DNA from: Macrostomum lignano
Lineage: Eukaryota
Assembly: GCA_002269645.1 (NCBI GenBank)
Contig: NIVC01000082.1
Location: 372,001 to 436,000 of the forward strand
Length of the DNA stretch: 64,000 bases
Direction: 5' to 3'
The position numbers and the translations under genes were made by a program. The notes under the pieces were generated by a model. The model saw nothing but the letters and a program-made list of their open reading frames with translations. It searched no databases and was not told the DNA's origin. The number at the start of each line of letters is the position of its first letter. Positions within the stretch are counted from its first letter, which is position 1. Below, piece after piece: positions 49,316-59,255 of this stretch.

Positions 49316-49759
49316 GGAACTAGGAGGGTGTCTGCCAAAAAACTTAGCTATTTATCTTCAAAAAATGGAAATTAGGGTTCAAAACAAAAGACAGGTTCAA
49401 AAGACTTCAAGAACATTTATTTGAAAAAATGTGTCAAGTGGCACTTGTGCTGAGCAGAGAACTTTAACAGATTAAACAGTCAGACAGAAATCACGGTACT
49501 CATTGACAGCTTGCAATATTAGCAAATTTTATGACTGATAGTACAATTATTTTACAAAACTAACAAACACCATATAGGACGAGCCGATCCCAAGTAAATT
49601 ATAGTCAATCTGTAGACCGATTAGCCAGAATAACAAACAAAACAAGCAGTATAAAACCTTGAATGCGGTTGGAAATTTTATTATAACTATAGGACAATAT
49701 TATTATTATCACTATTAACTATATGAATTTAACCAAGTAAGTAAGTAAATAGAGATAAA

Positions 49760-50560
49760 GAGGGCAGAATGAGGGAGAAGGGGAGAGAGGGAGATGAGGA
49801 GAGAGGGAGAAGGGGAGAGAGGGAGAAGGGGAGAGAGGGAGATGAGAAGAGAGGGAGAAGGGGAGAGAGGGAGATGAGGAGAGAGGGAGAAGGGGAGAGA
49901 GGGAGAAGGGAGAGAGGGAGAAGGGGAGAGAGCGAGAAGGGGAGAGAGGGAGAAGGGGAGAGAGGGAGAAGGGGAGAGAGGGAGAAGGGGAGAGAGGGAG
50001 AAGGGGAGAGAGGGAGAAGGGGAGAGAGGGAGAAGAGGGAATGAGGGAGAAGGGGAGAGAGGGAGATGAGGAGAGAGGGAGAAGGGGAGAGAGGGAGAAG
50101 GGGAGAGAGGGAGAAGGGAGAGAGGGAGAAGGGGAGAGAGGGAGAAGGGAGAGAGGGAGAAGGGGGAGAGGGAGAGGGAGAAGGGGAGAGAGGGAGAAGG
50201 GAGAGAGGGAGAAGGGAGAGAGGGAGAAGGGGGAGAGGGAGAAGGGGAGAGAGGGAGAAGGGGGGAGAGGGGAGAGTGAGAAGGGGAGAGAGGGAGAAGG
50301 GGAGAGAGGGAGAAGGGGAGAGAGGGAGAAGGGGAGGGAGGGAGAAGGGGAGGGAGGGCGAAGGGGAGAGAGGGAGAAGGGAGAGAGGGAGAAGGGAGAG
50401 AGGGAGGGAAGGGGGCAGAGGGAGAAGGGGAGAGAGGGAGGGAAGGGGGCAGAGGGAGAAGGGGAGAAAGGGAGGGAAGGGGGCAGAGGGAGGGAAGGGG
50501 GCAGAGGGAGAAGAGGAGACTGGGAGGCAGCAGGGGAAGCGGAAGGAAGAAGGGAAGAAA
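49760..50560. repeat. GA-rich minisatellite in the COG6 3' UTR region
   Basis: Unit GAGAAGGGGAGAGAGG. Confidence 0.92.
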
Positions 50561-50649
50561 AACAAACTGGTCAAGTCAGTTTTAATATCAAACAAAACAA
50601 ATAAAAAGACTCCAAAAGCAGCAAAAAACCAATTCTGAACACACGAGCG

Positions 50650-53600
50650 TCACAGAATCAGCTTGGCCACCTGATCGGGATTCCGCACTAGCACGGTGGC
50701 AAACTCTTTGCCAAACAGATTCTCGGGTTTAACAATGGCGTCGTATATAGCAGTGTAAACCGAATGGATTTGGTCCGCTACTCGCCTAGTAACCAGCTGC
50801 CTGAGCTTGGAGCTCTGCAGCGCCTGCAGCTGAGGCAGCGCCAGACTGTCGGGATTCGCCAAATAGGAATCGAATCGGGCAGCGGCTGCTTTCACTGCCG
50901 ACAGGCTGAGACAGGGCGCTTCCAGGTAGGATAGGGGCTGCTGCGGCTGCTGCTGCTGGTGCTGCTCCACCTGTGGGTGTTGTAGTGTTATTATTGCTCA
51001 CAGGTATGCTGGCTTGAGCACTGAATCTGAATCTGCTTTTAGTGTCCTTGAATTTGCCTCTCTGATCCTTGAATCTGCCTCTCGGATCTCTGAATCTGCC
51101 TCTCTGATCCTTGAATCTGCCTCTCTGATCCTTGAATCTGCCTCTGATCCTTGAATCTGCCTCTCTGATCCTTGAATCTACCTCTCTGATCCTTGAATCT
51201 GGCTCTCTGATCCTTGAATCTGCCTCTCTGATCCTTGAATCTGGCTCTCTGATCCTTGAATCTGGCTCTCTGATCCTTGAATCTGCCTCTCTGATCCTTG
51301 AATCTGCCTCTCTGATCCTTGAATCTGCCTCTCTGATCCTTGAATCTGCCTCTCTGATCCTTGAATCTGCCTCTCTGATCCTTGAATCTGCCTCTCTGAT
51401 CCTTGAATCTGCCTCTCTGATCCTTGAATCTGCCTTGCAATATTCTTGAACCTACTCTCCGCTCTTCCCCAAAGCTTCCTGAAAGCCAAACTCACAGTCT
51501 GATAAAGTTCCAGCATGCGCAGGCTAACCAAAATATGAGACAACTGCTCAGCAACCAGAGCGTCCAGCTGAGGCTCCAGCTGAGCCTGCAGGCGTTCAAT
51601 ATGAGTCTCAGTGAATTCGTAGGCGGCTAAGCCAGTCTGCAGGCTGTGCAGGGAGTTTGCCATGAAGATGGCCAGCTCCAACGGGCTCAGACGGGTGGCT
51701 GTCACTGTGCACAGCTTCAGCAACGGGTCGATGCAGGTGTCCAGTACTTGACGGAGATCGTCACGACGCTGCGACAGAGGCGCCATGCCGGAGTCCTGGG
51801 CTGTCAGAACCTTGATGAGTACAGGAGGGGTGAAATCAGTTATCTTGGCTCATTCTATCTTTTCATTTAGATACCTGTACCTTCTTTAATGATCTTATCT
51901 ATTCAGAAGAATCTCTCATAAAAAGATCTTATTTCTCCTAGAGATCCCAATTCCTAAAGAGATCCATCTCTCCTAGAAAGATCCCTTATATCCAAAAAAG
52001 ATCCCATTTTTCCTAAAAGATCCTATCTCTCCACAAAACCCCATCTCGCTAAAATGACTATTTCTCCCCAACAATATCCCATCTCTCTCTCCCCAACAAT
52101 ATCCCATCTCTCCCCAACAATATCCCATTTCTCCCCAACAATATCCCATCTCTCCCCAACAATATCCCATTTCTCCCCAACAATATCCTAAAAGCTCCCA
52201 TATCTCCTAAGAAGATCCCATCTCCCTTAAGAAGATCCTATCTCTCCTTAGACGATCCATCTTTCCTAAGAAGATGCAATCTCTGTTAAAAAGATCTTAT
52301 CCCTCCTAAAAAGATCCCATCCCTCTTAAAAGGATCCCATCCCTCCTAAAGAGATCCCATCCCTCCTAAAAAGATCCCATCCCTCCTAAAAAGATCCCAT
52401 CCCTCTTAAAAGGATTCCATCCCTCCTAAAAGGATCCCATCCCTCATAAAAGGATCCCATCCCTCCTAAAAGGATCCCATCCCTCCTAAAAAGATCCCAT
52501 CCCTCCTAAAAATATCCCATCCCTCTTAAAAGGATCCCATCCCTCCTAAAAGGATCCCATCCCTCCAACAATATCCAGTCCCTCATCAAAATATATGCCA
52601 ACCTGCTGCAGCAGTCGCAGGGTCTCGGCCACGGCCGGCGGAGCGCGCAGCCTGTCCCAGTCGTCGATACCGGCGCCAGCTCCAGCCGCAGTTCCGCTAG
52701 CATAAGCAGCCAATGGTTCCACTGTTTCTAGCGCCCGTTGAGCGCCATTGGTTAGCGCGCCAAAGAATAGGCGCCAGCATAGTTGGCCCAGATCGCCAAC
52801 TGTAGTAGCCAGAGAGCTGTCGGAGCCAAGCACTCGGTCTAGTGTGCCCTGATGAAATCTCAGCAAATTGTGTAGCCGGTAGAGCACGCTTGCGTCCTGG
52901 ACTCCAACTAGAGCCTGGGCAGGTGTGCGGGATGGTGGATAGGCGCAGATATTATTGACAAATGGGTAAAAGAACTAAGAGAATATTATATACAAGTATG
53001 TCCCTTGCATACGCTCACTTGTTCAACGCGCAGTCGTAACGGCCGACAGACGCCTTCGCTCAGACTGCAGAGGCAGGCGGCTCGCAACTGACGCCGACTT
53101 GAACGACTACTGGCGATATCGGTTGAGCTGCGGTTGGTGGGCGTTGATGCATAATTGCTAATTGCTAAATTCTTTGTTTGTCTATCAGTCTCCTGTCTGT
53201 CTGTCTGCCTGGCTGTTTAAGTGTACTGTGCCTTAGCTTCTGTGTGTCTGTGTCTGCCTGTGTGTCTGTCTGTCTGTCATCTGCCTGTGTCTCTGTTTGT
53301 CTGTCTGTCTGTCTGCCTGTCTGTGTGTCTGTCTGCCTTAGTATCTGCCTGCCTGTCTGTGTGTCTGTCTGCCTGGCTGTCTAAGTGTACTGTGCCTTAG
53401 CTTCTGTCTGTCTGTGTCTGCCTGCCTGTCTGCCTGTCTGTGTGTCTGCCTGCCTGTCTGCCTGTCTGTGTGTCTGCCTTAGTATCTGCCTGCCTGTCTG
53501 TGTGTCTGTCTGCCTGTCTGCCTGCCTGTCTGTGTGTCTGTCTGCCTTAGTATCTGCCTGCCTGTCTGTGTGTCTGTCTGCCTTAGTATCTGCCTGCCTG

Positions 53601-56600
53601 TCTGTGTGTCTGTCTGCCTTAGTATCTGCCTGCCTGTCTGTGTGTCTGTCTGCCTTAGTATCTGCCTGCCTGTCTGTGTGTCTGTCTGCCTTAGTATCTG
53701 CCTGCCTGTCTGTGTGTCTGTCTGCCTTAGTATCTGCCTGCCTGTCTGTGTGTCTGTCTGCCTTAGTATCTGCCTGCCTGTCTGTGTGTCTGTCTGCCTT
53801 AGTATCTGCCTGCCTGTCTGTGTGTCTGTCTGCCTTAGTATCTGCCTGCCTGTCTGTGTGTCTGTCTGCCTTAGTATCTGCCTGCCTGTCTGTGTGTCTG
53901 TCTGCCTTAGTATCTGCCTGCCTGTCTGTGTGTCTGTCTGCCTTAGTATCTGCCTGCCTGTCTGTGTGTCTGTCTGCCTTAGTATCTGCCTGCCTGTCTG
54001 TGTGTCTGTCTGCCTTAGTATCTGCCTGCCTGTCTGTGTGTCTGTCTGCCTTAGTATCTGCCTGCCTGTCTGTGTGTCTGTCTGCCTTAGTATCTGCCTG
54101 CCTGTCTGTGTGTCTGTCTGCCTTAGTATCTGCCTGCCTGTCTGTGTGTCTGTCTGCTCTCCACACAAAGCTCACTTGTCAGTGCCATTAGCAGCTCCAG
54201 CCTCTGCTTCGCCGTCCTCCTCCTTAGCCTCGTTTCCAATAGCAACGGCAGCCTCGTTCCCATCAGCCTCGGCATCGTCATCGCACAGTTTGAGCAGCGA
54301 GTCCAGACTCTCAGTCTCCGAGGCCGTGGCCTGATGCAGCCAGGCCAGCATGTCGCCAACGTAGCGCTGCGGATCGTGCGAATGCAGCTCCATCGGTCGG
54401 GGTCCCCCGCCGCCGCTGCCACCACGCGTGAGCGCCTCAATGAAAGCTTTGACGAGAGCGGCCCGCCTGGCATTGGCGTACTCGTCCAGGGCGTATTTGA
54501 ATAGCACTGGGCGATCTTGCAGTACCTGATAGGTAAATAATCGGGCCGTGGTAGTTAATATGGGGATTTTTACTGGCATTCGGCTTCTATTTTACACCAT
54601 ATAGCTTGTATTATAGAAACTGTCTCCCCAACTAATGATCTTTAATCTCCCTGATGTCACCTCACCCCATCTCTCTAATCCTCTCCTCCTCTAATTCCCC
54701 TCAAGTTTAATCCCCTCCCTCTTTAATCCCCTTCCTCTTTAATCCTTTACTTCTCTGAATCCCCTTCCTCTTTAATCCTCTCCGTGTCTAATCCTCCTTC
54801 ATATTTAATCGTCTCCTCTAATCCCCCTTCATATTTAATCCTCTCCTCTAATCCCCTTCCACTTTAATCCTCTCCCTTTCTAATCCCTTCCACTTTAATC
54901 CTCTCCCGCTCTAATCCCCTTCCACTTTAATCCTCTCCCTCTCTAATCCCTTCCACTTTAATCCTCTAATACCTGAAAGGCTTGAGTCATCAGAGCGGTG
55001 ACCTCGGCGCTTTCGCCCGCCTGCATTCGGCATTCGTTCTGTATCCAACGATAGAGCTTTTCGCAGCCGCACTCCATCAATACAGACATCTGCTCCATCA
55101 CTTCTAACCCGGCTCTCTGATTCTGCGCCATGAGTAGCAGTTTGCAATCTGAGTGAATCTGTTTGGAGCGTTCTAAAGCTTTGAAGAAATCTTCAGTTAC
55201 AGGAGACGCCTTGTCCGTCAGTTGCTGCTCCTAAATGATTTTTTCAATCAATAAAATAAAGGAGAACCGCTTTTAACCTACTAACAGTAGTCTAAAATAA
55301 AAACGCGTAAAAAATTACCTGTTCCGGAGTGAGCTGAAACAATTCTAATACAACTTCGGCTACTCTTGATCTAATCTCATATTCTTCGCTTTCTCGTTGA
55401 ATTCGACTCGTTTCTCTTAGCAGGTGCTCAGTTTGAGATTTCGCTTCTTGAAGGCGGACGCTCATGTCTTTGCAGCTGGAGTTCATTGCCGACACTGCAT
55501 CGTACAGCTCCTCCAGGTCCTGAGCACATTGGGTTTGGTTGTGTGAATTTCACGCGCCAATCCCATGAAATCCCAATGGGTCAATAATTCTAACCCTTGA
55601 GTTAGTGGGTCAACAAGCAGGATATATAGAGTTAGTAGGTCAAGAGGTCAAATTTCTGAGTTCGAAGCTCAGAGTCCAACCTAGTCTGGATAAGTAAGGC
55701 AATGAGTCAAATCCCAGGGTCAGGTAAGTAGGTCAATGAGTCAAATCCTAGGGTCAGGTAAGTAGGTCAATGAGTCAAATCCCAGGGTCAGGTAAGTAGG
55801 TCAATGAGTCAAATCCCAGGGTCAGGTGAGTAGGTCAATGAGTCAAATCCTAGGGTCAGGTAAGTAGGTCAATGAGTCAAATCCCAGGGTCAGGTAAGTA
55901 GGTCAATGAGTCAAATCCCAGGGTCAGGTAAGTAGGTCAATGAGTCAAATCCCAGGGTCAGGTGAGGTCAATGAGTTTAACCCATGGGCCATTACTATAC
56001 TAGAGTCTAAAAGCTTCTCTAAAGTCTGCATAAATACCAATAAATCAGTCAATGCCTTACATCCTTGACAGATTTAAATGAGTGCAGAAATTCTTCATAG
56101 ATGACAACATAACGACTTTCCATATCTGATCGAAGACTTCGTCTAGAACGAATGTTGTTCTCGGTGAAAAATTCTGATACAGCTTTGAGGCTTTCTACCA
56201 GTTCCTGTTTTATATAGGTCAAATAGACAATAATTCAGTGTGTATTATTGTGTAACATGGTCATGAATGTGTAATTGTTTAAACATAATCAACATTTCAA
56301 AAATGAATTTTGATGAATCCCAGTTTTAAAAATTCAAAATTAAAATTACTTCAATGCAAAATCACTATAACTGTGCCAACTTTTTGACTAGGCCACACTC
56401 AGGAAGGTTACATGTAAGCCGGAATTTTTTTAGAATAGTTTTTGGCTTTTTGCAAAGACAGCGCACTGCCCCCATCCACCAGAAGGTGGGTGGGCACATT
56501 CTCGATTGGATATTCTACAACAATATCTCTCCCGCGTTGCCTTCTAGCTGGCCTCAGCTGGTACAAGTCGGGACTTTTTCAAACATAGGCTTCTTTCCTA

Positions 56601-59255
56601 TGTTTGCTATCTATCTTTCCTATCTTTCCTTCTTTCCTAAGGGGAGAGAGTGGAGACCAGAGATAAATGAGAAGAGAGAGCAAAGATGAAAGAGAAGAGA
56701 GGTGAGGGAAGGTCGACGAGAGAAGATGGGAGAGAGGAGATAGGAAAGAAGAGAAGAGAAGAGAGAGAGAAGAGAGAGAGAGGAAACAAAAGAGAAGATA
56801 GAAGTTTCAAAGGATCCGAGGGACATAGAGAGACAGCAGGCCAGAGATTTTGCCGATACATGTTTTCGAAAGACAAGTTTTTGGTTGAGTATGACTTCAG
56901 ATTTTACAACTAGATATAAGCTGAGCTGAGAGAGAAGATGAAAGTAGAGGCTGATAGTAGAGAGAGGCTGAGAGCAGAGAGGGGCTGAGAGTAGAGAGGG
57001 GCTGAGAGCAGAGAGGGGCTGAGAGCAGAGAGAGGCTGAGAGCAGAGAGGGGCTGAGAGCAGAGAGGGGCTGAGAGCAGAGAGGGGCTGAGAGTAGAGAG
57101 GGGCTGAGAGCAGAGAGGGGCTGAGAGCAGAGAGAGGCTGAGAGCAGAGAGGGGCTGAGAGCAGAGAGGGGCTGAGAGTAGAGAGGGGCTGGGGATAGAG
57201 GTTGAGAGTGGATAGAGGCTGAGAGTAGAGAGAGACTGAGAGTAGAGAGGTTGAGAGTAGAGAGGCTAGTTCACGTTGTTCTCAATCCCATTCCACTATA
57301 CATGTAGTTTTTATCTAATGTGACTAAGCCAGGTGCTTTTAGTGCAGGGGTTGGCAAACTTTTTACCTCGATTGAGAACCCAGCTCATGACTGCCCTTCT
57401 AGTCTGCTTCGTTGGCCCCCAAAGCGAAGCGAGGAGTCCTGATGACAGAGCGGGCCAGAGATGAGGAGAGAGGGTAAGGAATAGAGAAGAGAAATACAAG
57501 CATAGGATAAAGGAGAGGCGAAGGAATAAAGGAGAAGAGAGTTGATGAGAGGAGAGATTAAATACGAGCGGAGAGAGAGGAGAAGGGAGATTAATGGAGA
57601 GGAGAAAGGAGGAAAGGGAGAAGAGAATGAAGAGGAAAAGGAAGATGAGAGCAAAGAGGTGAGGAGAGAGGAGAGGAGAGAGGAGAGGAGAGAGGTGGGG
57701 AGAGGAGAGAGGAGAGGGCAGAGATGAGAGAGAGACAAGATGAGAGGAGAGGGCAGACATGAGAGAGAAAAGATGAGAGAAGAGGGCAGACATGAGAGAG
57801 AGAATAGATGATAGAGGAGAGGGCAAGAGATGAGAGAGGAGAGGGCAGAGATGAGAGAGAGAGAGAAAAGATTAGAGACGAGAGGGCTGAGATGACAGAG
57901 AAAAGATAAGAGACGAGAGTGCAGAGATGAGAGAAAAGATGAGAGACAAGAGGGCACTCCAATTTTTGCTTACTTCTATTATAACTAATACCTTTACCCT
58001 CTACCTTTAACTTTTAACATATAGTATATACAAAAAACACGTCAGTTTTAGTATATTGAGATAGGTTTGAAACTATTATCCATGATACAAAAATCAAATG
58101 TCTTGTGCTAGTAGTGCTACTAGCTTTAGTAGGTAGTAATACCTGCTGTAAAGGGAAGTGTTTTTTGTTTTACTTAGTCTAATTTCACCAACAAAATCTA
58201 GCTGTTTTCTCCAAGACTTGCTATGTCATACCCCACCCCAATCACAGCCAATAGGAAATGAGGAAATATATAGACCTATTCCTATCCAAGCAGCCATTCA
58301 GAGCTGTGGCCATCTTGGTGTGTGGCCATCTTGGTCATGCGCCAAAATTTCTGGCGTACCATTGAGAAGTTTGGCTATTTTGGCGTACCACTTTGGCATA
58401 CGACTTTGAGCTCAAGAAATTTTTGGCGTACCAATTTTGGTGAATAAATTGATGCGTGTAAAAAAATTATAATGTAAATTAACCCTTTTAAGTTTTTACA
58501 TAAAATGAAGGAAAATTTATATAGTCTAGAAAGTCAGTGATAAACTTTTTGCTTTTTTACAATTAACAATAAATAAAACTTGTGTAAATTATTGCTAAAA
58601 ATGTAAATTTTGGATTCTTTTATTGTAGGTTTAATTTAAGTTTATTTAAAATGAAAATATTTGTAATATTTGAAAGAATTTTTGTACAAAAAATGTTTCT
58701 AAGAAAACTCTACTTGTGAAAACTGAATGACCTTTTTTAGGAGGAATTTTTGGCGTACATTTTAGAGATTTTTTTTGTTTTTGGCGTATACTGGCAATCT
58801 GGCATACATTTAGCTGAGATAAGATTCTTGTTCCAGGGTACACTACTACACGATCCGAACCATGGTGACTAGGCTAGGGCCTATGGTGGCATGGCCTATA
58901 TTCCATAACTCCAAAAAATGCCAAAAAATGATGAGACCTCAGTTGCATGCCAGGTTTGTGCACCAATACAAAAACTATCATTTGACATAGTGTATCTGCT
59001 GTCATGTATGCTGGGATATAACCTGATATACACACTGAAAATGGTAAGATCCTTGTATGCCAGGAAATCCCGATATACATGTCGCCTTCCGAACTATGGT
59101 CTACATGAACAACACAACAGTTAACACCACTTGACCACGAATAGGCTTATATCACTTACAAGATCATTTTCAAGGCGAGTGTCTAAAACTTTTTTAAGTT
59201 TCCGAATCAAAGGCGGTTCGGATTCTGCAGTTGTATGACTACTTTGCGACTCCAT
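50650..59255 (-). CDS. COG6: Conserved oligomeric Golgi complex subunit 6, about 701 aa
   Basis: Exons 59255-59160, 56204-56061, 55519-55319, 55230-54973, 54525-54176, 53127-53019, 52914-52603, 51810-51496, 50970-50650 sum to 2106 nt in frame. Motifs [76 protein letters not shown]. Confidence 0.95.
51020..51435. repeat. 21-bp minisatellite in the last COG6 intron
   Basis: Unit TTGAATCTGCCTCTCTGATCC. Confidence 0.94.
51900..52580. repeat. About 20-bp minisatellites in COG6 intron 7
   Basis: Units CTCCCCAACAATATCCCAT and AAAAGGATCCCATCCCTCCT. Confidence 0.9.
53180..54155. repeat. 36-bp compound minisatellite derived from (GTCT)n
   Basis: Unit CCTTAGTATCTGCCTGCCTGTCTGTGTGTCTGTCTG, about 18 identical units. 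Confidence 0.95.
54640..54970. repeat. Degenerate about 24-bp minisatellite in COG6 intron 4
   Basis: Unit CTCTAATCCCCTTCCACTTTAATC. Confidence 0.85.
55700..55975. repeat. 34-bp minisatellite containing CAGGTAAGT and TGAGTCA
   Basis: Unit GAGTCAAATCCCAGGGTCAGGTAAGTAGGTCAAT, 8 units, COG6 intron 2. Confidence 0.94.
56450..56525 (+). mobile_element. Possible degenerate non-LTR retrotransposon AP-endonuclease fragment
   Basis: Translation [25 protein letters not shown] resembles the PTH..G..LDL.F.N motif of LINE EEP domains; short and isolated. Confidence 0.3.
56630..57955. repeat. GA-rich low-complexity and minisatellite blocks in COG6 intron 1
   Basis: Blocks at about 56630-56810, 56930-57270 (GAGAGGGGCTGAGAGCA) and 57460-57955, separated by unique islands. 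Confidence 0.85.

Noticed and set aside
57345-57364. CAGGGGTTGGCAAACTTTTT resembling a hAT/Charlie terminal inverted repeat
   Set aside because: No matching second TIR or target-site duplication found in the window.
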